From: an uncultured Chloroflexia bacterium | GTDB lineage: Bacteria; Chloroflexota; Limnocylindria; Limnocylindrales; CSP1-4 | Direction of reading: 5' to 3' | DNA length: 64,000 nucleotides | NCBI GenBank assembly: GCA_963746845.1 | Contig: CAVVCZ010000006.1 | Location: forward strand, 224,001 to 288,000 | Part shown: positions 30,910 through 41,077 of the stretch, piece by piece | How positions within the stretch are numbered: the stretch's first letter is position 1 | How the letters are laid out: every line of letters starts with the position of its first letter | Notes under the pieces: generated by a model | What the model was told of the DNA's origin: nothing | Seen by the model: the letters and a program-made list of their open reading frames with translations, nothing else | Database searches by the model: none | Made by a program: the position numbers and the translations under genes

Positions 30910-31635
30910 TCAGCGGTGCCGGAACGGCTCCAGCGGCTCTGGCCGGTGCTCGACTGTCAGTCGCGGGCCGATGGGCTGCGCGGCCCATCGGACGGCGTTC
31001 GCGATCACCCGACGGACGTTCGCGTCGAAGTACGTCGGGTGGGTCTCATGGCCGGGCCGGAAGTAGAAGACCCGGCCGCGGCCGCGCTCGTAGCAGCAGC
31101 CGCTCCGGAAGATCTCGCCGCCCTCGAACCAGCTGACGAGGACGAGGCGGTCCGGCGCGGGAACGTCGAACGGCTCGCCGTACATCTCCTCCTCCGGCAG
31201 GACGATCGAATCGCCCAGCCCATCGGCGATCGCGTGCGTCGGGTCGACCACCCAGAGCCGTTCGCGCTCGCCGGCCTCCCGCCACTTCAGGTCCGCTGTC
31301 GTGCCCATCAGCCGCCGGAAGACCTTGGAGTGGTGTCCGGAGTGGAGGACGATCAGGCCCATCCCGTCCAGGACGCGGCGCTGGACGCGGTCGACGATCG
31401 CGTCCTCGACCTCGTCGTGGGCAACGTGGCCCCACCATGTCAGGACATCTGTCTCCGCGAGGACCGACTCGGTCAGGCCGTGCTCCGGCTCGTCGAGCGT
31501 GGCGGTCCCGACGTCGAAGCCGGCCTCCGTCAGGCCCGCCGCGATCGCGGCATGGATCCCGTCCGGGTAAACGGCCCGGACCGACGCGTCGGAGCGCTCC
31601 TGGCGGTACTCGTTCCAGACGGTGACCCGGGTCAT
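30910..31635 (-). CDS. thuA: ThuA-family (trehalose utilisation) protein
   Basis: VTVWNE, YPDGIH, WWGH.AH, LHSGH, EEMYGE, FRPGHET. Confidence 0.88.
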   Translation of the reverse strand: MTRVTVWNEYRQERSDASVRAVYPDGIHAAIAAGLTEAGFDVGTATLDEPEHGLTESVLAETDVLTWWGHVAHDEVEDAIVDRVQRRVLDGMGLIVLHSGHHSKVFRRLMGTTADLKWREAGERERLWVVDPTHAIADGLGDSIVLPEEEMYGEPFDVPAPDRLVLVSWFEGGEIFRSGCCYERGRGRVFYFRPGHETHPTYFDANVRRVIANAVRWAAQPIGPRLTVEHRPEPLEPFRHR

Positions 31636-32663
31636 CACGCAGCACCGGCCGTCGCGGGCTCGCCGATCCGGACGACCCGGCCGCCGTCCGCCGCGGACCC
31701 GCGGATCGCGTCCCAGAGCCGCGCCATCCGCAGGCCGACCTCGGGTGGGCTCGGGTTCGCGATCTGGCCGCTCCGGACGTTCAGGAACTGCTCCCAGACC
31801 GGGATCGGCGCGACCGAGCGCACCTTCCGCAGGCTGCGCCCCCCAGACCGCTGGATCTCCAGCAGCTCGCCCCAGATCCCCGTCCGGAGGATCGCCCGGG
31901 GAGTGAACACGCGGATGTCCGAATGGCACGACGGAATCGCGCTGCCGCAGCCGTTCATGGTGACGAGCGCACCGGAAGCGAGACGGGCCATCACGACGGC
32001 GCGAATGTCGACCGGCCGGCCGTCATCCTCGAGCCACGCGGCAACCTCGGTGAAGTCCTCGCCCGCGAGGTCCGCGACCGTATTCAGCATGTGCGCGCCC
32101 GTGTCGAACAGGAAGCCACCGCCGGACAGGTCCGGCTGCTGACGCCACGTCCCTTCGGTCAGCGTCGCCCAGTTCTGCCAGACGACGGCGCTGACGTTGA
32201 GGATCGGCCCCAACTCGCCCGAGCGGAGCAGCCGCGACGCCTCGCGGACCTGAGCCGAGAGGCTGCCCTGGAACGCGACGACGACCAGCTTCCCCGTCCG
32301 ATCGCGCGTCTCGATCAGCGCCGTCGCCTCGTCCGCGGTCATCACCATCGGCTTCTCGAGCAGGATGTCGAGGCCGGCCTCGAGGCAGGCGGTTGCCTGC
32401 TCGAAATGGAACGCGTGGGGCGTGATGATCACGACCGCGTCGAGCTCGCCGCCGAACGTCTCGACGAACCGCTGCCAGTCCGGCTCGTTCGGCGGCGCGG
32501 GGCGGCCGTGCTGGTCGAACATCTCGGCGACACGGGCGTAGGCGGACTCCGACGGCTCACAGACCGCGACCACGGCCGTGTCGTCGCGGGGCAGGATGTC
32601 CTCAAGGTGGGCGCGGGCCATCCCCCCTGCCCCGATGAAGCCGACTCGTGTCGGTCCCGGCAT
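31635..32663 (-). CDS. Gfo/Idh/MocA-family oxidoreductase
   Basis: [18 protein letters not shown]...DTGAH; GGAGG 7 nt before ATG 32663. Confidence 0.9.
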   Translation of the reverse strand: MPGPTRVGFIGAGGMARAHLEDILPRDDTAVVAVCEPSESAYARVAEMFDQHGRPAPPNEPDWQRFVETFGGELDAVVIITPHAFHFEQATACLEAGLDILLEKPMVMTADEATALIETRDRTGKLVVVAFQGSLSAQVREASRLLRSGELGPILNVSAVVWQNWATLTEGTWRQQPDLSGGGFLFDTGAHMLNTVADLAGEDFTEVAAWLEDDGRPVDIRAVVMARLASGALVTMNGCGSAIPSCHSDIRVFTPRAILRTGIWGELLEIQRSGGRSLRKVRSVAPIPVWEQFLNVRSGQIANPSPPEVGLRMARLWDAIRGSAADGGRVVRIGEPATAGAA

Positions 32664-32689
32664 GGCCATCCCTCCGTCGTTGTCACGCA

Positions 32690-33631
32690 TCACGTCCCCG
32701 CCAGCCGCTCCACCACCGGGCCCAGCTCGTCGAGGCCGCCGACGAGGAACGAGTTGATCCCGAGTCGCTCGCGCAGCTCCGAGAATTTCTCGACGAACCG
32801 GTCATGGGAGCCGATGAAGATGTGGGGCGAGTCGATGACCTCCTGCTCGGTCATCTCCTGGCCGGACCGCTCCTTCATCCGGTCGATCACCTTGCGCGCC
32901 TCGCCGCGGAGGTCGTCGGTGAGCGTGATCGGCCATTGCGACGGGTAGACGTTGAACTCGAGCCCACCGAACCGGTCGCCGGCGGCCGCCCGGACCCAGT
33001 CGAGCTTCTCCTCGGTCGCCGACCACGTGATCGACGATGGGTCGGGTCGCTGGCCCGAGAGGATCCGCGGCGCCAGACCGACGATGTCGGCCTCGCGGGC
33101 CGCGAGCTCCAGCGTCTTCCGTCCGCCGCCGCCGATGAACAATGGCGGGTGCGGCTTCTGAACCGGTTTCGGGTAGGCGTCGTAGTCGATGATCGTGTAG
33201 TGCTCGCCGGCGAACGAGAACGGACCCTCGCCGAAGCAGCCCTTGAGGACCGTGATCGCCTCCGCGAGCCGGGCCTGCCGGACCGGCGCTGGGTCGAACG
33301 ACAGGCCGATCGCCCGGTATTCCGGCTCGTTCCAGCCCGCCCCGATCGCGACGTCGAGGCGGCCACCGGACAGGACGTCGAGCGACGCCAGGTCCTGGGC
33401 GAGGACCGCCGGATGGCGAAGGTCGTTGTTGTGGACGAAGGCGCTGATCCGGAGGCGCTCGGCCAGCGCCGCGACGGTCGCCAGGTAGGGAATCGGCGCC
33501 AGCTGCGGGACGAGGTGGTCGGGCAGGACGAACGACGTGACGCCGAGGTCTTCGGCCGCCCGGGCACGCTCGCCCAGCTCGCGGGCGCTGGTGGCGTCGA
33601 AGGCGTCGGCGAGGAACCGGAAGGGCTTCAT
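32690..33631 (-). CDS. LLM-class (luciferase-like), probably F420-dependent oxidoreductase
   Basis: [39 protein letters not shown]. Confidence 0.88.
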   Translation of the reverse strand: MKPFRFLADAFDATSARELGERARAAEDLGVTSFVLPDHLVPQLAPIPYLATVAALAERLRISAFVHNNDLRHPAVLAQDLASLDVLSGGRLDVAIGAGWNEPEYRAIGLSFDPAPVRQARLAEAITVLKGCFGEGPFSFAGEHYTIIDYDAYPKPVQKPHPPLFIGGGGRKTLELAAREADIVGLAPRILSGQRPDPSSITWSATEEKLDWVRAAAGDRFGGLEFNVYPSQWPITLTDDLRGEARKVIDRMKERSGQEMTEQEVIDSPHIFIGSHDRFVEKFSELRERLGINSFLVGGLDELGPVVERLAGT

Positions 33632-33673
33632 GCAGAGAGCGTAGTCGTCGGCACCGCGCGGGCGCGACCTCGT

Positions 33674-34933
33674 TCAGGTCGTCGAGTCGTCTCCCGGGTC
33701 CACGTCCGCGTCGCAGTGAAGCGGCAGCCCGAAGCCGACCGCCGCGCCGCCGCCCTCGCGGCGCCGGGCCCAGATCCGGCCGCCCTGCGCCTCGACGATC
33801 CGCTTGCAGACCGCCAGCCCGACGCCCATCCCGCTCGCCGTTCGGCGGGCGGCATCGGACCGGAAGAACGCGGTGAAGATCTCGTCCGTGTCGTCGCCCG
33901 GCAGCCCGATCCCGCGATCGAGGACCTCGACCCGCGCCTCGCGGTCGACGGCGGCGACCGTGACCTCGATCGGGTCGGCGATCGGTGAGTACTTGTCGGC
34001 GTTGCTCAGCAGGTTCCGGAGCACGAGCTCGACCGCCGTCGCATCGGCCTCGACGACCGACGACGGCGGCGTGCGGACGAGATTGATCGTTCGCGCGGGG
34101 CGGCGGCGCCCGAACCCGGCGATGGACGCGGCAACAAGGTGGTCGAGGACCTGCGGCTCGACCTCGAGGGTCTCGCCCGAGCCGAGACGCGTCAGCTGGA
34201 GCAGGTTCTCGACGATCCGCAGGAGCCGCTCGGACTCCTCGCCGATGTCGCCGATCATCTCGCGCTCGCTGTCGCCGATCCCGGGGCGGTCGCGCAGGAC
34301 GACCGCGTTGCCGAAGATCGTCGTGACCGGCGTCCGGAGCTCATGCGAGATCAGCCCGAGGAACTCGTCCTTGACGGTGTTCGACGCCTCGAGCGCGGCG
34401 GCCGTCGCCCGAAGGGCCTCCTCGGCGGCGAGACGCTCGGTCACGTCGACGAGGACGTTCACCGCGCCGATCAGCACGCCATCGGCCGCACGGAGCGGCG
34501 TCGGGTACGGCTCGAAGGCGACCTTCCGGCCGTCCGGCCGCTCGGCGATGGCGACGCTGCCGCGGACCGACCGGCCCTCGCGCAGCGCGATCGCCATCGG
34601 GCACTCGTCGTGGGCCATGGGGCGGCCGTCGAGATGGAACAGGCGGAGGGAGCCGCACCAGTGCTCGCCGAGCTCGGGACGGCGGCCCCACATCTCCACG
34701 GCGGCCTGGTTGAAGTACGTGATCCGGCCGGCGGCGTCGGTCGTGTAGACGGCGACCGCGAGCGCCTCGAGGAACATCCGGTACGAGTCCGTCTGCCCCT
34801 GCGGTGCGGTGAGCGCGGCGAAGAGCCGGGCCAGGTCGCTTCCGGCCGGATCGGGCAGAAGGACCGGGTCGATCGGGCGCGACGCGGGCGGGCGGGTGGC
34901 GGTCATCGTCGGCGTGGAACCTCTGGCGGGCAT
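33674..34933 (-). CDS. cytoplasmic PAS-domain sensor histidine kinase
   Basis: PAS/PAC region, SHELRTP H-box, NLLSNA, DRGIG, GMGVGL; no TM segments. Confidence 0.92.
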   Translation of the reverse strand: MPARGSTPTMTATRPPASRPIDPVLLPDPAGSDLARLFAALTAPQGQTDSYRMFLEALAVAVYTTDAAGRITYFNQAAVEMWGRRPELGEHWCGSLRLFHLDGRPMAHDECPMAIALREGRSVRGSVAIAERPDGRKVAFEPYPTPLRAADGVLIGAVNVLVDVTERLAAEEALRATAAALEASNTVKDEFLGLISHELRTPVTTIFGNAVVLRDRPGIGDSEREMIGDIGEESERLLRIVENLLQLTRLGSGETLEVEPQVLDHLVAASIAGFGRRRPARTINLVRTPPSSVVEADATAVELVLRNLLSNADKYSPIADPIEVTVAAVDREARVEVLDRGIGLPGDDTDEIFTAFFRSDAARRTASGMGVGLAVCKRIVEAQGGRIWARRREGGGAAVGFGLPLHCDADVDPGDDSTT

Positions 34934-34961
34934 TCAACCATGCCCGGCAACCCCGGCTCGA

Positions 34962-35219
34962 TCACGACGCCGGCTCGATCGCGGCGATCAGGGCATCGAG
35001 CAGCTCGATCCGACGGCGCAGGCGGGCGGCCTCGGCATCGATCGACTCGCGGGCGGAGTCGCTGCCGTAGCCGAGCGAGTGGCGACCGGACCGGCGCTGG
35101 AGCTCGCTCAGCTCCGTCGCCCGAGCCGTGAGGAGCGCGCCACGGAGGATCCGGGGGTCGTCGTCGCCCCGGATCGGGATCTCGAGCCGGAGTCGCTCGC
35201 CGTCGTCGGTGGGGCTCAC
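34962..35219 (-). CDS. small hypothetical protein (85 aa) coupled to mfd
   Basis: GTGA overlap with the mfd stop; GC3-biased; helical C-terminus. Confidence 0.6.
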   Translation of the reverse strand: MSPTDDGERLRLEIPIRGDDDPRILRGALLTARATELSELQRRSGRHSLGYGSDSARESIDAEAARLRRRIELLDALIAAIEPAS

Positions 35220-38200
35220 GACGCGTCCGCAGTCGGCTCGGCGGAGAGCCGGGCCACGACCGCCTGGGTCAGGCCCCACGCCCGCGACGGGTCGCGCGGC
35301 AGGCGGATCCGGACCTGGTTGCTGGCGAACGTCACCTCGCTCGGCCGGACGCCGGGCAGCCCGCCGCCGGCCAGCAGCCGCATCGCGGTCGCGCGGCTCA
35401 GCCCCTCGCCGAACCGGACGACGAGCAGGCCCTCCTCGCGGGACATCGACGCGACGCCCGCGGCTTCGGCCGTCAGGCGGAGCTCGGCGACCTCGACGAG
35501 GCGGACGACCGGACCCGGCATCGGCCCGAACCGGTCCGTCAGCTCCTGCCGGAACGCGGCGAGGTCGCCCGCATCCCGGGCACGGGCGAGGCGCCGGTAC
35601 AGCTCGAGCTTCTGGGCTTCCTCCGGGACATAGTCGTCCGGGAGATGCGCCTCCACCGGCAGGTCGACGACGGCCTGTGGCCGCTCGACCCGCGGCGCGC
35701 GATCCTCCCGCCGCGCCTTCCGCTCCTCGACCGCCTCGGCGAGGAGCCGCGAGTAGAGGTCGAACCCGACCGCCGCCATGTGCCCGGACTGCTCCCCGCC
35801 GAGGATGTTGCCCGCCCCGCGGATCTCGAGGTCCGCGAGCGCGATCTGGAACCCGGCGCCCAGCTCCGAGGCGTTGAAGATCGCCTGGAGCCGTTTCCGC
35901 GCCTCCTCGCTCATCCGCTCGCGGCGCCGGTAGAGGAGGTAGGCATAGGCGCGGCGGCTGCTCCGCCCGACCCGGCCGCGGAGCTGGTAGAGCTGGGCGA
36001 GCCCCAGGGTGTCCGCGCGGTCGATGACGATCGTGTTCGCGTTCGGGATGTCGAGGCCGGACTCGATGATCGTCGTGCAGACGAGGACGTCGGCCTCGCC
36101 CCCGGCGAACGTGATCATGACCCGCTCGAGGGAGCCCTCCGGCATCTGGCCGTGGCCGACGACGAACCGGACGCCCGGCAGCATCCGCCGGAGCTGCTCG
36201 GTCTGGGCCTCGATCGTCTCGACCCGGTTGTGGACGAAGAAGACCTGCCCGCCGCGATCGAGCTCGCGCAGGATCGCGTCGCGGACGAGCCCGGCCGACG
36301 CTTCGGCGACTCGCGTCTGGATCGGCAGCCGGTCCTCGGGCGGCGTCTCGATCACGCTCATGTCGCGCACGCCGGCGAGGGCGAGGTTCAGCGTCCGCGG
36401 GATCGGCGTGGCGCTGAGCGTCAGGACGTCGACCTCGCGGCGGAGCTGCTTGAGCCGCTCCTTGGCCGCGACGCCGAACCGCTGCTCCTCGTCGACGACC
36501 ACGAGGCCCAGGTCGCGGAAGCTGACGTCCTTGCTCAGGAGCCGGTGGGTGCCGATCACGAGGTCCACCGAGCCGTCCTCGAGTCCGGCGAGGGTCGTCT
36601 TCTGCTCCGTCTGCGGGACGAATCGGCTGAGCAGACGCACCTTCAGCGGGAACGCGGCGAAGCGCTGACCGAAGGTGGCGTGGTGCTGCGCGGCGAGGAC
36701 CGTCGTCGGGACGAGGACCGCGACCTGCTTGCCGTCCTGGATCGCCTTGAACGCGGCCCGCAGCGCGACCTCGGTCTTGCCGTAGCCGACGTCGCCGACG
36801 ACGAGCCGGTCCATCGGCCGGCCGGCCTCCATGTCGAGCTTGACCTCGGCCGCTGCCCGCAGCTGGTCCGGCGTCTCCTCGTACGGGAAGCTCGCCTCCA
36901 TCTCGGCCTGCCACGGTGTGTCGTCGCCGTAGGCGTGTCCCTGGGTGTTGGCCCGGGCCGCGTAGAGCTCCAGCAGCTCCTCCGCCAGGTCGGCGACGGC
37001 CTTGCGGACCCGCTGCTTCGTCTTCAGCCACTCGGTCCCGCCGAGCTTGCTGAGCGACGGGTGCTCGGCGCCGGAGTAGCGGGTGACACGGGTGATCTGC
37101 TCGACCGGGACGAAGATCTTGTCGCCGGCCGCGAAGCTCAGCTCGAGGTAGTCGCGGTCCTCGCCGTCGGCGTGGTTGCCACGCCGGAGCATCCGCTCGT
37201 AGCGGGCGACACCGTGATCGATGTGGACGACGAGGTCGCCTGGCGTCAGGCGCTCGAGGATGTCGCGCGGGACGACGCGCCGCATCGCCTTCGGGCGGCG
37301 GACCCGGACGGTGCCGAAGAGCTCGCGATCCGTGACGAAGGCCAGGCCGTCCGGGCCGCCCTCGAAGCCGCCGTTCAGGCTCCGCTCGACGATCGCGATC
37401 GCGCCCGGCGGCGGGGCATCCGGTGCGTGGACGACCGCGATCGGATGGCCGGCTTCGTCGAGCAGCTCGGCGAGACGCGGGGCCTGGTCGCTGGCGAGGA
37501 CGATCCTCGCGCCGTCCGCCTGCCACCGGTCGACGGCGTCGGCGATCGCCGCCGCGCGGGACGGGGGCAGCTGCGGCTCGCGCCACCCGAACAGGTCACC
37601 GGAGCTGAGGCCGCGGGCGGCAAGGGCCTCCTGGTCGGGCAGCTCCGACTCCCAGGTGAGCTCGAGCGTCCGCCCGACGACGAGCCGGCTCTTCCAGTCG
37701 CGCGGCCCGAGGTAGGTCGACGGCCAGTCCTTCGGCAGGTCGCCGGCGTCGATCAGCTCGGAGCGGCGCTCGTCCGCCTGGCGCCACAGGAACGCGGCGG
37801 CCTCGGCGATCTCACCGGGCTCGTCGAGGACGAGGAGGGTCGAGGCGTCGAGGTGGTCGAAGCCGGTCGACGGCGCGAGGTGGGCGGCCCACACCTCGGC
37901 GGCGTCGCCGACGGTCACGGCGCGGGTCGCGGCGACCTCCCCCGGGGCGCCGGCGGGCGCCTCGGAGCTGCCCTCGAACCGGGCGAGGTCCGCGGCCAGT
38001 CGCTCAGGGAGCCTGGCAGCGGCCCGACCGAGACCCGCCCGGAGCGCGGCCACTCCCCCATGAGGCGCGAGGAACTCCGACGCGGGGAGCAGGACGACGT
38101 CTTCGAGCGGACCGACGGTGCGCTGGTCCGTGGGATCGAACGCCCGCAGGGAGTCGATCTCGTCGCCGAAGAACTCGATCCGGACGGGCAGCGGGGCCGA

Positions 38201-38887
38201 CGGCGGGAAGACGTCGACGAGCCCGCCGCGACGGGCGAACTCGCCGCGACCGGCGACCTCGGTCGTCGGCGTGTAGCCGAACCCGAGCAGCTCAAGGAGC
38301 AGCGCGTCGGGCCGGAGCCGCGCCCCGATCCGGAGCCGCCGCGGCTCGGCGGGCAGATCGTCGGGCGCGATCGTGTGCTGGACCAGGGCCTGGACGCTCG
38401 CGACGAGGACGCGCGCGGCCCCGCTCCGCCACGCGGACAGCGCCGCTACGCGCGCGGCAGTCTCGTCCGCGACCAACTCGCTGCGTTCGTACGCGAGCGC
38501 GGTCCGCGGCTCCAGCACGGCGACGGCGGCCGGGTCGCCGAGCCACGCCGTTAGCTCCTCCGCGACGCGGTCGCCGATCTCGGCGTCACGGGCGATCCAC
38601 GCGAGCCGCTCCCCTCCGTCGACCGCGGCCAGGGTCGCGGCCAGGTACGACTTCGCCCCGTGGGGCACGGTCGCGAGCCCGACGTGGCGTCCGGTCGGCC
38701 GGACGGCCGTGGAGGCGGTCAGCCGATCCCGGAGGCCCTCGAAGGTGCCGGTCGAGGCGAGGAGCGGGAGGAGGGCCGAGAGGTCCGGCTGGCGCCGGGC
38801 GCCGCTCCCCGTCGATCGTGCCGTTCCCTCCCCGAGCCGCCGCTCGCGACCCCGCTTGCCGCGGAGCGTCGGCGTGCCGGCGGTCAC
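35216..38887 (-). CDS. mfd: transcription-repair coupling factor
   Basis: RGGLVDVF, VHIDHG, GDVGYGKT, DEEQRFG, SATPIPRT, QLRGRVGR, TRCF C-terminus; start at the GTGA overlap with pth. Confidence 0.97.
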   Translation of the reverse strand: MTAGTPTLRGKRGRERRLGEGTARSTGSGARRQPDLSALLPLLASTGTFEGLRDRLTASTAVRPTGRHVGLATVPHGAKSYLAATLAAVDGGERLAWIARDAEIGDRVAEELTAWLGDPAAVAVLEPRTALAYERSELVADETAARVAALSAWRSGAARVLVASVQALVQHTIAPDDLPAEPRRLRIGARLRPDALLLELLGFGYTPTTEVAGRGEFARRGGLVDVFPPSAPLPVRIEFFGDEIDSLRAFDPTDQRTVGPLEDVVLLPASEFLAPHGGVAALRAGLGRAAARLPERLAADLARFEGSSEAPAGAPGEVAATRAVTVGDAAEVWAAHLAPSTGFDHLDASTLLVLDEPGEIAEAAAFLWRQADERRSELIDAGDLPKDWPSTYLGPRDWKSRLVVGRTLELTWESELPDQEALAARGLSSGDLFGWREPQLPPSRAAAIADAVDRWQADGARIVLASDQAPRLAELLDEAGHPIAVVHAPDAPPPGAIAIVERSLNGGFEGGPDGLAFVTDRELFGTVRVRRPKAMRRVVPRDILERLTPGDLVVHIDHGVARYERMLRRGNHADGEDRDYLELSFAAGDKIFVPVEQITRVTRYSGAEHPSLSKLGGTEWLKTKQRVRKAVADLAEELLELYAARANTQGHAYGDDTPWQAEMEASFPYEETPDQLRAAAEVKLDMEAGRPMDRLVVGDVGYGKTEVALRAAFKAIQDGKQVAVLVPTTVLAAQHHATFGQRFAAFPLKVRLLSRFVPQTEQKTTLAGLEDGSVDLVIGTHRLLSKDVSFRDLGLVVVDEEQRFGVAAKERLKQLRREVDVLTLSATPIPRTLNLALAGVRDMSVIETPPEDRLPIQTRVAEASAGLVRDAILRELDRGGQVFFVHNRVETIEAQTEQLRRMLPGVRFVVGHGQMPEGSLERVMITFAGGEADVLVCTTIIESGLDIPNANTIVIDRADTLGLAQLYQLRGRVGRSSRRAYAYLLYRRRERMSEEARKRLQAIFNASELGAGFQIALADLEIRGAGNILGGEQSGHMAAVGFDLYSRLLAEAVEERKARREDRAPRVERPQAVVDLPVEAHLPDDYVPEEAQKLELYRRLARARDAGDLAAFRQELTDRFGPMPGPVVRLVEVAELRLTAEAAGVASMSREEGLLVVRFGEGLSRATAMRLLAGGGLPGVRPSEVTFASNQVRIRLPRDPSRAWGLTQAVVARLSAEPTADAS

Positions 38888-39570
38888 GGTTCGTCCTCGC
38901 GCCGGAGGATCTTCCGCCAGCCGGTCCGCGTCCGGCGAACGCCGGACGCGTCGGGCGGTCCGTCGACCTCGCCGGGTGGCGCCACCCGCGTCTCGTCGGC
39001 GGGCCGGAGCTCGAACGGGTTGAACCGGTTGGCCGCTTTCGACGTGCCGTGTCGCGCCCACTCCTCGACCGCGTCCGCGGCTGCGTCGAGAAGGGCCGGC
39101 AGCCGCTCGCGCTCGTCGGGCTGGAACGGGGCGAGCACGTGATCGGAGAAGCCTCGATCGGGCGACCCGATCCCGACCCGGAGCCGGGCGAACTGCTCGT
39201 TCCCGAGCTCGTCGATGACCGACCGAAGGCCGTTGTGGCCGCCCGGCCCGCCGCCCTCGCGGAACCGGAGCTTGCCGAACGGCAGGGCGAAGTCGTCGAC
39301 GACGACGAGCAGCTCCCCGAGCGGCGCGTGCTCGCGGGCGAGGATCTTCCGGACCGCCAGCCCGGAGTCGTTCATGTACGTCAGCGGCTTCGCCAGCGTG
39401 ACGTCGAGGCCGCGGTATCGGCCGGACGCGATCGACGACGCGTCCCGCGTCCGACCCTTGCCGTCCCAGCCGGCTCGATCCGCGATCCGGTCGAGGACCA
39501 TCCAGCCGATGTTGTGCCGCGTCTTCGCATACTGGTCGCCCGGGTTTCCCAGGCCGACGACGATCTTCAC
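38884..39570 (-). CDS. pth: peptidyl-tRNA hydrolase
   Basis: VGLGNPG..Y..TRHNIG, KPLTYMN.SG, GGHNGL. Confidence 0.96.
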   Translation of the reverse strand: MKIVVGLGNPGDQYAKTRHNIGWMVLDRIADRAGWDGKGRTRDASSIASGRYRGLDVTLAKPLTYMNDSGLAVRKILAREHAPLGELLVVVDDFALPFGKLRFREGGGPGGHNGLRSVIDELGNEQFARLRVGIGSPDRGFSDHVLAPFQPDERERLPALLDAAADAVEEWARHGTSKAANRFNPFELRPADETRVAPPGEVDGPPDASGVRRTRTGWRKILRREDEP

Positions 39571-39731
39571 CCACGCTCCCGAACAGCACGCCGAACGGGC
39601 CCGATCCCGTCCCGGGAGGGCCGGCGGAGATCGTATCAGCCCGCGGTCGGCGGCTCGTGATCGTGAACCCGGCCCCGTCGGCGGGCCTACTCCGAGGGTG
39701 ACCGAGCCGCACCCGGAGGTCAGCCTGCCCG

Positions 39732-40946
39732 ATGTCCCCGACGGAGCCGGAGCCCGCCGCGATCAGCGCGATCGTCACCCCGCGGTTCGACCTGCGCAGC
39801 TCGGCCGGTGCGCGATGGAGCAGGCGGGCGACCGGCGGCGGGCTCGCGGTCGGCCCGGATCTCGAGCGGCTGCTGCGCGAGGAGTTCCGCCACGTCGCCT
39901 CGAGCGGCGACGATGTGATCGCGGATCCGGCCGGCAACGCGCGGCTGCGGAGCGCAATCGCCGCGTGGCTACGTGCGACGCGCGGCGCTCGCTGCGAGAC
40001 GGCCCAGGTCGTGATCCTCTCGGGTGCCGTGCTCGGGGCCACCGCCATCGGACGGCTGTGGCTCGGACCCGGGCGCCGCGCCGCGGTCGAGGATCCGGGC
40101 GACCCCACGGTCCGCCGGGCCCTGCTCGCGAACGGCGGGAAAGCCGTGAGCGTGCCGGTCGATGGCGGGGGCTGGCATGCGGACCAGCTCCCGTCCGGCG
40201 TCGACGTCGCCGTCACCGCCCCGACCGTCCACGTCCCGACCGGGGCCACGCAGCCGCTCGCGCGCCGGCTGCGAACCCTGGCCTGGGCCTCGACGAACGA
40301 CGTGCTCATCGTCGAGGACGCCCGCTTCGACGACCACCTCCTTCGCTCCGCGCCGCTGCCGTGCCTCCAGGGCCTCGACCACGACGGCCGCGTGATCCAC
40401 CTCGGCTCGTTCGAGACCCTCCTCCACGCCGGGGTCCGGACCGCGTTCGCGATCGTGCCGTCGGACCTCGTCGAGTCGTTCGTCGCGGAGCTCGCGACCA
40501 TCGGCGCGGGTGCGTCGCCCGTCCAGCAGCGAGCGCTCGCCCGGTTCATCGCCGACGGCCTCATGGATCGCCATCTCGGCCACATCCGCCGCAGCCTGCT
40601 AGACCGGCAGGAGGTCCTCCTCGCGGCCCTCCAGCGCGACCTCGGCTGGCTGGTGTCCGTGCGGCCCGCCGCAGGCGGCACGCGCCTCGTCGCGACGATC
40701 GAGGACCCGTCCTGGACGGCCCACGAGGTCGCGGCGGTCGCCGCCCGTGCGGGCGTCGCGCTCGAGACGGTCGCCCCGGCCCGTCTCGCCCCCGCGCCCG
40801 ACCGCGAGCTCGTCATCGACTTCGGCCGGCACGGCCCGCTGGAGCTCCAGGCCGCGGTCCGCCTGCTGGCGAAGGCCCTGCACGCCGATCTCCATTCGGC
40901 CTCGCGCCCCCCGACCCTCCTGACCACGCTCCGCGCCGGGGCTTGA
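39732..40946 (+). CDS. MocR/GabR-like PLP-fold domain protein, without HTH and without the PLP lysine
   Basis: DPAG..RLR.AIA, VEDPG, PTG, IVED; GSFETLLHAGVR in place of canonical GSFSK...PGLR. Confidence 0.75.
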   Translation: MSPTEPEPAAISAIVTPRFDLRSSAGARWSRRATGGGLAVGPDLERLLREEFRHVASSGDDVIADPAGNARLRSAIAAWLRATRGARCETAQVVILSGAVLGATAIGRLWLGPGRRAAVEDPGDPTVRRALLANGGKAVSVPVDGGGWHADQLPSGVDVAVTAPTVHVPTGATQPLARRLRTLAWASTNDVLIVEDARFDDHLLRSAPLPCLQGLDHDGRVIHLGSFETLLHAGVRTAFAIVPSDLVESFVAELATIGAGASPVQQRALARFIADGLMDRHLGHIRRSLLDRQEVLLAALQRDLGWLVSVRPAAGGTRLVATIEDPSWTAHEVAAVAARAGVALETVAPARLAPAPDRELVIDFGRHGPLELQAAVRLLAKALHADLHSASRPPTLLTTLRAGA

Positions 40947-40995
40947 GCCCGGCGTCCCGCCCCGGCGTCCCGCCTATTTCCCGTCCCGCGCCATC

Positions 40996-41075
40996 GACTC
41001 CGCGCCAGGACTCCGCGCCAGGACTCCGCGCCAGGACTCCGCGCCAGGACTCCGCGCCAGGACTCCGCGCCAGGA
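40996..41075. repeat. perfect 13-bp tandem repeat (GACTCCGCGCCAG) x6
   Basis: Six identical units 40996-41073 plus GA. Confidence 0.95.
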
Positions 41076-41077
41076 TG

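Noticed and set aside
35216-40927. 1903-aa giant Mfd fusion in the ORF track
   Set aside because: The upstream part overlaps pth and is antisense to the MocR-like gene. It is a GC-rich open frame; real mfd starts near 38887.
40996-41075. Possible CRISPR array
   Set aside because: Contiguous 13-bp units with no spacers, and no cas genes.
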